NCBI RefSeq assembly: GCF_964355755.1
Contig: NC_092670.1
Coordinates: forward strand, 6,934,201 to 6,998,200
Reading direction: 5' to 3'
From: Antedon mediterranea
Taxonomy: Eukaryota; Animalia; Echinodermata
Length of the DNA stretch: 64,000 nucleotides
Both the position numbers and the translations under genes were made by a program. Position 1 is the stretch's first letter; the number at the start of each line of letters is the position of its first letter. Positions 52,317 to 64,000 of this stretch are shown here, piece by piece. The notes beneath the pieces were generated by a model. That model was given only the letters and a program-made list of their open reading frames with translations. It made no database searches and had not been told where the DNA came from.

Positions 52317-52611
52317 GGTGTCAATCAGATCATGTGACCACGGGCAGTGCAAAATATTTGCAGCCGGACAGGTGTGCATTAAGTGAGTGACTGCGAGCGG
52401 TTATTGTAAATGAAATTGGTATGAAAAACTGAAATTGAAATTAATTGATTAGGATCCGTATATGTCATAAACCTCCCTTGTTACATAAAAATATGAACAT
52501 AATTTTTCTATTTTTTATTATAAATCAGGCGTAATTTATACACTAGGCTACACAACAAATAAATTGAACAAACGATACGGATATAAAAAAAAAAATTATT
52601 TCGTTTTTGTT

Positions 52612-52681
52612 TCCCAAGGTGAGACTCGATCTTGGTACCACGAGTGGTATAGACGCGATCACATACCACTGAGCCATACGC
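52612..52681 (-). ncRNA. tRNA-derived Pol III-like module, copy 1
   Basis: A box TGGCTCAGTGG, B-box-like GATCGAGTC, and a T-run about 15 nt downstream. Confidence 0.45.
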
Positions 52682-54048
52682 ACTTGAATCAAATTTGACG
52701 TAAAGATCTTCCGTGTATTTACTATGCAGTAACCACTTTGATGCAATTATATTATTACATACCGCAATTAATCATAATTGTTTGCTATGATGACATCTTA
52801 GATGATGCACTGTCAAAGTATATACTTTTAACTTTAATATATGAATATTTTAAAGAAGAATATTGATATTTAGTTTGTAATTTTTGCCTCTTGTATAAAA
52901 ATGAAGTTTTTAGGATAAGTAGTTCTGAAGGAAAATGCCTCCTATTGTTCAGCGCGGTTCAGCTGTTATGACCATGCAAATTTGGTTTCCGGGTAACAAT
53001 TGTCTTTTCTAAATATATATATATTAGGGTTCACCGAGCATTTTGACGATCTATATTAATGTGAAAAATACGCATAATTTCATCATTGTTTAGCCTACGT
53101 GTGCGTAGCCAGTCACTTTTGACGTGCTCGTATAACGCAATTTTGAGTTGAAAATGAATAAAATGTAATGGAATTGTTGTAGAAAGGTTGTAAAATAGAA
53201 ATCGTGCAGAAATGGTACGCATTAACGTTTTATGTGTAGTGCGCACGCAAAAATATGCGAACTCATGGCAATTTTTAAACGCTTAGAATTTCTTGAAACG
53301 TACTTTAATTTCCTAAAAAATGAATTTTATAAATTTTTTAAATGTTAAGCGCACGTACGCGTACGTTATATGCGCTACGCACGTAATTATATTGCCATAC
53401 GATACACAACTGACTAAATTTTAAAGATTTCCCCGTGTATGTACTATGCAGTAACCACTTTGTTGCAGATTGATTATAATATACCGCAATGAATCATAAA
53501 TAGATTTTTTCTTTAAATAGGCCTATTTGTAATAATGTTGGTAGGATTTTGGTAGCGCGACTGAAATAGCCGGTATCGTCACTGCACATCGAGCCACTTG
53601 CATAAAAACAACCCGATCAAAGATCCGTACATGATATAAACCTCCCTTGTTACATAAAAATATGGACATATTTTTTCTATATTTCATTATTCATTCGTAG
53701 CAATTTTTAAACATTTAAAATTACCTGAAACGTACTCTAATTTCATAAAAAATGAATGTTGACAATTTTAAAAATGTTAAGCGCAGGTTCACGTATATGC
53801 GCTACGCACGTCATTATATTGCCATATGATAAAATATGACCTGACATTTATGAGTACCAAATTTTGTTTAATTATGATAAACAACCCGATCAAAGATCCG
53901 TATACGTTATAAACTTTTCTTTTTACATAATAATAAATACATAATTTTTATATGTTTAATTATAAATCAGGCGTATAAGTTTTACACTACACAAGAAATA
54001 AAATTGAACAAACAATACGGATATAAAAAAATCTTATTACGTTTTGTT

Positions 54049-54117
54049 TCCAAGGTGAGACTCGAACACGGTACCACTAGTGGTATAGACGCGATCACAG
54101 ACCATTGAGCCATACGC
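54049..54117 (-). ncRNA. tRNA-derived Pol III-like module, copy 2
   Basis: A box TGGCTCAATGG, B box GTTCGAGTC, and a downstream T-run. Confidence 0.5.
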
Positions 54118-54380
54118 ACTTGGTTGAAAAAATCATCTGTGTATTTACTATGCAGTAACCACTTTGGTGCAATTTTATTACATACGGTTCAGCTGTTATG
54201 ACCATATGCACATTTGGTTTCCGGGTGAAATTTTTTTCAGTTTAACAGTTATCGTTTGTATAGTATATACTCTAACTGAACCTACATACAGATAGTAAAT
54301 TATTCACTTAATAGTCATATACATATACAGGTATGTTTTGTAATTTTATCCTGTAATATACAATTAACCACATTTTCATA

Positions 54381-57300
54381 ATGGCTCGTGCAAAAAGTGC
54401 TGCACAAAGACGAAAAGAGCAGAAAATGAAACAACGAGAGGTCCGTGCCTGTCAATCTCAAGAGAAGTTAGAAGAAACTCGCAAAAAATGTAGAGAAAGA
54501 ATGGCTCTAAAACGAAAGGCTGAAACACAGGAAGAAAGAAATTTGAGGATCAAAAAGGTGAAATTAACTATGGAAACAAATAGGGCAAAGGAGACTGAGG
54601 AAAAAACTAAGAAAAGGCTTGATGGAGAAAAACATGCAGTGGCCGAAAGACGTAAACAGGAGACTGGGAACCAGACTAAGGAAAGACTTAAGAGAGAAAA
54701 ACGTTCAGTGTCTGAAAGACGTAAACAAGAGACTGGGAACCAGACTAAGGAAAGACTTAAGAGAGAAAAACGTGCAGTGCAACTAAGACGTACAAAAATA
54801 CCTAGTAACGATGATATTGTGTCCGATTTTTTGAAAAATGTTAAGGATTCGGCAGATTATGTGTGCTGCTCTTGTCACCGGATGATGTTCAGAATAACGG
54901 TTGTTGAATTACATGGCGATCGCTACCCAAAAGCTAAACCATCAATGCTGGAAAATGTACTTTCATACAGAATCACATCGGCTCGTGGGAAACAATGGAT
55001 TTGCAGAACTTGTCATTTAACACTCAAACGAGGAAAAATGCCCACGCAAGCAAAAGCTAATAATTTGTCTTTGACTGACCAACCACGAGCGCTAAAAAAT
55101 TTGAATGCTCTTGAACTGAGATTGATATGTCAACGAGTTCCTTTCATGAAGATGGTTGGGTTGCCTCGTGGAAAACAACATGGTATCCATGGTCCCGCAG
55201 TCAATGTACCAGCAAAACTTGATACAGTATGTTCTTTATTTCCACGATTACCATCGGAGACACAACTAATTCCAATGAAGTTTAAAAGAAGTTTAAAACA
55301 TTCCTCGCATTATATCTATGACTATGTTGATATCGGACGAGTATTAACAGCTTTGAGATACTTGAAAAGAAACAATGTGTGGTACCACGAGATCGATATC
55401 AGAGACAATTGGGTTTTGGTTGCTGAAAACGATGACAAAGAGCTCTTTCAAGCTTTAGTATGTACCGGTTCAGATAAAAAATCAGATGAGAATCTAAAAA
55501 CACCCGATGAAAACAGTGACTCGGAAAATGACGGTCAAAGTGATGGTGAGAAATTTGACCAAGCTTGCACATGCACTGAGGTTGCTGAAACGAGAGGAGG
55601 CACATACCAAATTTGTAACGTTGACGAAAATAGCGATTTGGGGAAATTGAACACAATGGCAGAGGAAAATAACATGAACATTGTCGATGTTCCTGGAGAT
55701 GGGGATTGTATGTTCTACTGTGTGTGTTATCAGCTTGAAAGATTAGAGATCACGAAGCTGAATGTCAAGGAGTTACGAAGTTGTCTATCAAAATATATGG
55801 TTGACAATGCAGATTGCTATCGAGACTTTGTTTGTGCTAGCGTAGAATCCAATGGTCTGTCCAATGCAGATACCGAGCAACCAACTGGCGACGATCGTGC
55901 AATTTCCGTGATAAGCGATATCGAAACAAGAAAAGAAATATAATGGATAAAATACTTGGACCGTTTAGAATCTGGAACTCAGTGGGGTGAACATATTTCA
56001 CTACAAGCTATTGCAGATATGTTTTCTTTGTGCGTGTTTGTTCATACAACAACAAATATGTTAAAGCATTCTGTTCGCTCAAGATCGGAGGTAAAACATA
56101 GTTTTCATGTTGGGTTGATTGGACAGTCTCATTACGTTGTGTTTGAACCTTATGCTCAAGAAAATAATGACAACGATGTCGAGCTGCCTGAATCTGTGTG
56201 GCAAAATTATGATGACGATGTTGATCAATTATTGGCAGTACATGAGATAAATGAAGAGGGTAATAATGACAGTGATGAAAATGATGCTGAAGATGCTGAT
56301 GCTTTTGAAGCGGCTTCAAAGATTCGTGGCTTGCCCTATGAAACTAGCATGGTCAAAGAAAACGCTGATCTTAAAAATAAATTGATAAGTGTCGCTCCAG
56401 CCGAATCGGAAAAACCGCAGCCGATACTCTGTGATCCTAATTTTGAAGAGCTATCGAATCCTGATAAATATCCTGATGGCAAGAATGCTCTAACAGCTGA
56501 AAGACCAATTGAAATAGCTCCACGGAAATACTTCAATCAAAGACTTCTTGATGTGGATGGACGTTTTGCGAAATCTATTGAATATCTTCTGAGCGCACAA
56601 TATGCTGTGGAAAACAAACAAGTTCAGGGTGACATAAACCACTTTATATTTCGCAGAACGGCCGGAAAACATTTTCATGGTACACGTCTAAATGTTGGCC
56701 TTACTAAGAATGTTGAGAAAATGAATGAACTGATAAAGGGCGACCATGCATACAAGATTCTAAAAAATATACGAGGTACACCTGCCTATTTTCAGACTGT
56801 ATTCTATGATGTGTTAGCAACGGTGAGGCAACTTGGAATTCCAACATGGTTCTTCACTGTATCTGCTGCGGATATGCAATGGGCAGATGTGATTCAAACT
56901 ATAGCTAGACAATATGGGACAACACTTTCTGATGATGATGTTCGGAATTTGTCTTTTGCGGACCGTACCATGTGGCTTAGATCAAACCCAGTAACTGCTG
57001 CACGACAGTTTCAGTACCGATTGGAGTTGTTGTTTAAAGATTTTCTGAAATCCAAGGCGCATCCTCTGGGTGAGATTACGGACTACGTTATTCGTATTGA
57101 ATTTCAGGCTCGAGGGTCTCCGCATGCGCATACATTACTTTGGGTAAAAAATGCACCTAAACTTGGCTTGAACTCAGATGAGGAAATATGTCAGTTTATT
57201 GATAAACATGTCACTTGTGATGCTTCTGATGAAGACAATTCATTTACAAATCTGGTACAACGGGTGCAAACACATTCACATTCTTCTTACTGTCGGAAAA

Positions 57301-60300
57301 AGGGTTCGTGTCGTTTTAACTTCCCACAAGCTCCTAGTTTGCAGACAGTTGTGGCAAGAGAGCCAGTTGATGACGAAAATGTGGCTGAAATACAGTATGA
57401 ATCAAAGGAAGTACTCAAGTCTGTCCACGATGTATTAACTGATACAGAAACGCCAAATGACATCAGTATGGGAGAGCTTCTTTGTAAAGCAGACGTGGAA
57501 GAAGATAAGTACATGAACTCGCTGAAGGTTTCACAAAAAGGCAACCACATTGTTTTGAAAAGAGTTCCACGTGAAGTATTTGTCAATGCCTACAATCCTA
57601 CCATATTGAAAGCATGGCAAGCTAACATGGACATACAATTCATAGTTGACGCATATGCATGTGTTATGTATGTTGCTGCTTACATGACAAAGGGTGAGAA
57701 AGGTATAGGTGAGCTGATAAAACAAGCATGTAGAGAATACAAAGACAAAGATATTAAAGGCATGCTGAGACGTGTTGGATCTGTGTTCTTGAATCATCGC
57801 GAAGTCAGTGCTCAAGAAGCTGTGTACAGAATCTTATCGATGCCCCTTAAGAAATTCAGCAGAAAGGTACTTTTCGTGAATACCGATGACAAGTCTGAAC
57901 GTGCCAGTGTACTTAAACCCATGAAAGAACTTGAAGGCAAAAATGACACAGATGTGGACATCTTTCAAAAGAATATCATCGATAGATATGTTTCCCGACC
58001 AGATACTTTAAGCGATCTTTGTCTAGCAGAATTTGCGGCAAATTACTCAGTGACCTCTGTTGAAAAAGAAGAAGCGGATGACAGTGTTCCATTTGTGCTT
58101 GATAACAACGAAGGTATAGTGCAGAACACAAGCAGAGATAGGTTGCCCAAACGCATTAAATTAAAAGATGGCAATGGTATGATGTTTAGGCGAAAATTCG
58201 AAGCTGTGATACGATTTCGCAAATTCAACTCTGAGAAAGATTCCATGAATTTGTATCGAGCAAAACTAATGTTGTATTTGCCATGGCGAGATGAAGAGAC
58301 TGACTTGATCGGTAACTATCCGGATTTCGAATCTCATTATCATGCAGTTTGTCATCGAGTTAGTGACAAGGAAGCAAAATTCACTGAAAACCTTGACCTC
58401 ATAGATCAAGCAATTCACGAGAATGCAGTGTATGGGCCCCCAGAACATGCATGGGCAAATGTCGCACCTGGTACGGAACATGCTAATTTGCAAGATGTAA
58501 ATGAGGGTGTCGAAATTGAACGTCACATAGACCAAGAAGACCTAGATGCAAATGCTGCAATGCTTGAGGAACCAAGATGTGGTCCAACGTCAGATTTGAT
58601 TGCACGTTATCAAATTGAAACTGATAGAGAACTGCTTTCACCCAGTGATTATAGAAAAATGGTGCGCGGTTTGAATGAGAAACAGCGACAAATTGTGTTT
58701 TATCATAGAAATTGGTGCAAACATACAGTTATAGCCATCAAAAACAAACAGAAAGTAATTCCGTACAGAATCTTTCTCAGTGGACCGGGTGGAGCAGGAA
58801 AAACTCACGTGATCAGATTGATTCATTCAGACACCAGAAAGCTGCTTTCACTTTCACGGATCATAAAGCCAAATGATGTGACAGTTCTTCTGACAGCACC
58901 AACAGGTGTGGCAGCTTTTAACGTGGGAGGTATGACAGTCCATTCTGCTTTGCTATTAAGAGTCAAGAAATATGGACAAGGAGGTGAACCACTTACGTTT
59001 GAGAAGTTAAACACCCTGCGATCTAAACTTGAGAACCTACAACTGGTCATCATTGATGAAGTTTCAATGATTGGTTCCGATTTGCTGCTCAACATTCACA
59101 AGCGATTAGATGAAATTAAAGGTCAGTCTGGTGACGATATTTTGTTTGGCAACGTTTGTATTCTTGCTGTAGGAGACCTATACCAGCTACCGCCTGTGAA
59201 ACAGTCACCCATTTATGCTCCAGTACATGATAGAATGGAGAGACTCAATGGTTCACTGTGGAAAGACCACTTTCAACTACATGAGTTGGATAAAGTTATG
59301 CGACAGAAAGATGATCAAGCTTTTGCCGAAATGCTTTGTCGAATCAGAGTTGGCAAACAAACTGACGATGATATTGAAATGCTGAAATTCCGAGTGATAT
59401 CTGCAGAAGACGAAAACTATCCGGAAGATGCCTTGCATGTATTTGCTTTAAATCGTGATGTTGATGAAAGAAATGAGAGGAAACTGGAATGTCTTGCACC
59501 GCTTGAAGAACAACGAACTCGTATCTTCGCGTCGGATGACAAATGTGACAGCACAGGTCTGGTAAATTTAGAGAATATCGCATCTTCTAAAAAACGTTCC
59601 GAGACAGCGGGATTGCACACAGTGTTGATTCTAACTGAAGGAGCACGAGTCATGCTGACATATAACGTTGACACAGCAGATGGTTTGGTAAATGGCGTCA
59701 TAGGAACGGTTACATCAGTGGTAAAAAACGACAAAGGGAAGGTACTAACTGTTCTTGTTTGCTTTGATAATGAGCAAGTTGGACTAAAGGCGAGATCTAC
59801 AAGCCAATGGAAAGACATATACCCACTTGCAGTTCCAATTAAGCGTCATGAAGGTAAATTTGATAAAGGTGGGAAGAAAGGTGCACAAATTGCCCGGAGG
59901 CAGTTTCCTTTGACGTTGGCGTGGGCTGTGACAATTCATAAATGTCAAGGACTCACTGTTGATCAGATTGTTGTTAGTATGAAAAATTCCAGACGGTTTG
60001 GACAAGGACAAGCCTATGTGGCATTTAGTCGTGCGCGATCTTTGAATGGTCTCTTCATCACAGATTTTGACGAGACAGGAATTAGAACCAGCCAAAAAAT
60101 AGAAACAGAAATGAATGAAATGCGTGATCAATTGGTGCATTCTATTCCAAAGCCAAACTTTGTCAAACTTCCCAAACCTGAATGGATCACACTTGGTCAT
60201 CTCAATGTTCACTACTTCTTAGAGAAATTATGTGACTTAAACAGCCACCATGAAACTGAACTTCTGGCAAAGACAGACGTCATGTGCTTTACCGAGACCT

Positions 60301-60854
60301 ATTTGAAAAAGGAGCACAACATCGATCAATTTTTAATGATGCATAACTATATAGCGTTCAGAGAAGATGTGCCAGATGAACAAAACCACGCCGGCAGACA
60401 TGGTGTTATGATATGTGCGTCACCACACTTAAGACCATTGGAGCTTCCTTTGATCTCAGTAACTGGACTAGAATCAAAAGTAGTTGTTCTCACGACAACA
60501 ACATCTCGACTAATCGTTTCCGTTATATATAGAAAACCTTCACAATCAACAAAAGATTTCTTGCATTTACTAGACTCACTGCTTGCCCTGATGCCCTTGA
60601 ATATTCCAACAATTGTACTTGGTGATTTCAATGATAATTTACTCAATGAGAAACAGTCCTCATTAACATATTTCATGGAGCGGAATGGCTTTAAGCAGTA
60701 TGTGTGCAGAGCGACAACTGATGGCGGATCTTTGTTGGATCATATTTACTTTAACAGACATGATATTAATTTGAATGGTACTGTTCAGATTCATGTGCAT
60801 GATGTGTATTACTCAGACCATGACGCAGTATTCTTATCAACAAACTGTTTATGA
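54381..60854 (+). CDS. Helentron RepHel polyprotein (Cys-rich region, OTU protease, HUH Rep, Pif1 helicase, APE endonuclease) with one in-frame TAA at 55941-55943
   Basis: Both ORFs share one frame. OTU: VPGDGDCMF..WGEH..HY. Rep: FFTVS, EFQARGSPHAH, YVAAYMTK. Helicase: GPGGAGKT, IIDEVSM, GDLYQLPPV, HKCQG, GQAYVAFSR. APE: CFTET, LGDFND, LDHIY, YSDH. Confidence 0.93.
54645..54772 (+). repeat. 60-bp coding tandem repeat in the RepHel N-terminus
   Basis: ERRKQETGNQTKERLKREKR occurs twice. Confidence 0.85.
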
Positions 60855-61276
60855 AGAGACATTTGATCTGATATGTAATATAATATAATAATAATACAGA
60901 ATAATATCCGCCAAGTCACATGCTATGATATGCACTTGATTTGAGGTAGATATTTGAAATAAAACCGAAGTGTTTTCGAATTATGTGTTTTGACCTTATT
61001 GTATTGTAGTAATATGGAGTCATTCGAATCAAAAGCGTGTGTAAGCGATTTTGGTGTAAAGGTAAATCAAAATTGGCCTCCTAAACAAACTTGACCTTGA
61101 CCGATTTGAACCCGATCAAAGTTCAGTATATTATGTCATAAACCTCCCATGTAACATAAAAATAGAGACATAATTTCTCTAGATTTGATTATAAATCAGC
61201 CGTATAATTTATATACTAAGAAATATACTTGAACAAACAATACGAATAATAAAAAAAAATCTGATTTCGTCTCATT

Positions 61277-61346
61277 TCCCAAGGTGAGACTCGATATCGG
61301 TAACTTAAATGCTGTAGACACCAGCACAGACCACCGAGCCATACAC
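61277..61346 (-). ncRNA. tRNA-derived Pol III-like module, copy 3
   Basis: TGGCTCGGTGG..ATCGAGTCTCACCTTGGG followed by a T-run. Confidence 0.4.
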
Positions 61347-61389
61347 AACTGACTAACATTTGAAGAAAGATTCCTATGTGTATTTACCA

Positions 61390-62600
61390 TTGTGAGCGAT
61401 AGAGCGATGACAAACACACACAAACCGAACCGAACAATAGAACAGCACGCGGGAAAAACACACGGGTGAATTTGAAAAGAAATATGTTTTGTAAACTACT
61501 CGCATCAAAAAACCTGTATATTAAATCAATTTATGTTTTAAAATTACAAATCACCAATTATAACTCTTGGCTCTTGTACAAAAATGAAGTTTTTTGGACA
61601 AGTAGTTCTCGAGAAAATGCAATTTTAGTTTACTTGTTAATTTAAGACTGCTCACCGCCTTTTTATAATTCTGTCCTATCTTTTAACACAAGCAGGTCTG
61701 AACATAATTTTTAAAAGTGGCCCAGAATTGGAACCGTGGTCCGGATTTTAACCAAAATTGGGCGGTGTCTTCCTTGCACCAGGTGACATGTCTGGTAGTA
61801 ATTTGGAGTCATTCGAATCAAAAATGTGAGCGCTAGAGTGATGACAAACAAACAAACAAACAAACAAACAGATCAACATACTTGGCCAATTTTCAATTTG
61901 GCCAAGTAACAAACAAACAAACACACACACAAACCGCACCAATCAACATACTTGGCCAATTTTCAATTTGGCCAAGTAACAAACATACTAGCCTTCGCGC
62001 ATAGCACGATACTTGGCCAAATCAAAATTGGCCTCCTGACATTCACCCAATTTGCACCAAAAGTGTGTGTCTTATGCTGTGTGATTTAGGCTAATTTCAC
62101 TACAATCATGTGTATACGAGTTTGGTGTACAGGTTATGTAACCAGCCTTTCAACGAACAATAGCTTCAGTCGGCTAACAATAGAACAGCAACGCGAAAAA
62201 CACACGGGTGAATTTGAAAAGAAATAGGTTTTGTAAACTACTCGCATCAAAAAACCTCTATATTAAATCTAATTCAGTTTTAAAATTACAAATCACAAAT
62301 TATAACTCTTGCCTCTTGTACAAAAATGAAGTTTTTTGGACAAGTAGTTCTCGAGAAAATGCAATTTTAGTTTACTTGTTAATTTAAGACTGCTCACCGG
62401 CTTTTTATAATTCTGTCCTATCTTTTAACACTAGCAGGTCTGAACATAATTTTTAAAAGTGGCCCAGAATTAGAACCGTGGTCCGGATTTTAACCAAAAT
62501 TAGGCGGTGTCTTCCTTGCACCAGGTGACATGTCTGGTATTAATTTGGAGTCATTCGAATCAAAACTGTGAGCGCTAGAGTGATGACAAACAAACAAACA

Positions 62601-62631
<31 letters not shown>

Positions 62632-64000
62632 CCACACACACACACACACACACAAACCGCACCAATCAACATACTTGGCCAATTTTCAATTTGGCCAAGT
62701 AACTAGCCTTCGCGCATAGCGCGATACTTGGCCAAATCAAATGTGGCCTCCTAAACACACTTGACCTTGACCGATTTTAACCCGATCAAAGTTCAGTATA
62801 TGTCATAAACCTCCCATGTAACATGAAAATAGAGACATAATTTCTCTAGATTTAATTATAAATCAGCCGTATAGGCCTAATTTATATACTAAGAATATAT
62901 ACTTGAACAAACAATAAAAAAAAATCTGATTTCGTTTCATTTCCCAAGGTGAGACTCGATCTCGGTAACTTAAATGCTGTAGACACCAGCACAGACCACC
63001 GAGCCATACACAACTGACTAACATTTGAAGAAAGATTCCTCTGTGTATTTACCATTGTGAGCGATAGAGCGATGACAAACACACACACAAACCGAACAAT
63101 AGAACAGCAACGCGAAAAACACACTGGTGAATTTGAAGAGAAATAGGTTTTGTAAAGTACTCGCATCAAAAAACCTGTATATTAAATCAATTTATGTTTT
63201 AAAATTACAAATCACCAATTATAACTCTTGGCTCTTGTACAAAAATGAAGTTTTTTGGAGAAGTAGTTCTCGAGAAAATGCAATTTTAGTTTACTTGTTA
63301 ATGTAAGACTGCTCACCGGCCTTTGATAATTCTGTCCTTTCTTTTAACACTAGCAGGTCTGAAAGTAATTTTTAAAAGTGGTCCAGAATTGGGACCGTGG
63401 TCCGGATTTTAACCAAAATTGGGCAGTGTCGTCCTTGCACCAGGTGACATGTATGGTAGAAATTTGGAGTCATTCGAACCAAAACTGTGAGCGCTAGAGT
63501 GATGACAAACAAACAAACAAACTAGCCTTCGCGCATAGCGCGATACTTGGCCAAATCAAAATTGGCCTCCTGACATTGACCCAATTTGCACCAAAAGTGT
63601 GTGTCTTATGCTGTGTGATTTAGGCTAATTTCACTACTATCATGTGTATACGAGTTTGGTGTACAGGTTATGTAACCAGCCTTTCAACGAACAATAGCTT
63701 CAGTCGGCTAACAATAAACAGCAACGCGAAAAACACACTGGTGAATTTGAAGAGAAATAGGTTTTGTAAACTACTCGCATCAAAAAACCTGTATATTAAA
63801 TCAATTTATGTTTTAAAATTACAAATCACCAATTATAACTCTTGCCTCTTGTACAAAAATGAAGTTTTTTGGACAAGTAGTTCCCGAGAAAATGCAATTT
63901 AAGTTTACTTGTTAATTTAAGACTGCTCACCGGCTTTTTATAATTCTGTCCTATCTTTTAACACTAGCAGGTCTGAAAATAATTTTTAAAAGTGGCCCAG
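61390..64000. repeat. ~630-bp tandem repeat array (right) with (AAAC)n and (CA)n, interleaved with Pol III modules
   Basis: Same unit and orientation as the left array. Markers at 61987, 62702 and 63521. Confidence 0.92.
62942..63011 (-). ncRNA. tRNA-derived Pol III-like module, copy 4
   Basis: Near-identical to copy 3. Confidence 0.4.

Larger units (their letters stand above)
46831..64000 (+). mobile_element. Helentron (Helitron2) composite element running off the window
   Basis: HINE-like start ACTAGAAAGCCACTCCGAGAGTGCATACCTCCGCC, (AAAC)n-bearing tandem units on both sides, and a RepHel gene with OTU and APE domains. Confidence 0.75.

Noticed and set aside
52612-54117. Functional tRNA genes
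   Set aside because: No acceptor-stem pairing or canonical anticodon arm. Kept only as tRNA-like modules.
55399-60676. Minus-strand ORFs over RepHel
   Set aside because: Antisense shadows with no motifs.
46930-64000. Regularly spaced conserved motif resembling a CRISPR array
   Set aside because: Whole ~630-bp units repeat with no unique spacers, there are no cas genes, and the context is eukaryotic.

Overview
This is AT-rich animal genomic DNA with GT-AG introns, probably from a marine invertebrate (an echinoderm-like host is inferred from hyalin-type HYR exons). It is almost entirely nested transposons. In order: the end of a non-autonomous hAT element; a decayed CACTA/EnSpm element (zinc-finger transposase plus a SAMD3-like accessory gene) split by a Gmr1-like Gypsy remnant; an RTE 3' fragment; an RTE-group LINE interrupted by a Sola3-type MITE (itself holding a Kolobok MITE) and by a full-length Tx1/L1 element with a 13-bp TSD; and a PIF/Harbinger element (Myb/SANT gene plus transposase) hit by a hAT element and MITEs. 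The Harbinger transposase and an adjacent host leader exon are tandemly duplicated. A host multi-HYR gene follows, with three paralogous signal-peptide exons and an intronic 5S rRNA relic. The last 17+ kb is a Helentron (OTU-Rep-Pif1-APE, one premature stop) embedded in ~630-bp tandem repeats. The best candidate for something undescribed is the Helentron cargo: a divergent, spliced, TATA-driven orphan gene and four tRNA-like Pol III modules flanking RepHel. All calls come from reading the sequence; no database searches were run, and some boundaries are approximate.
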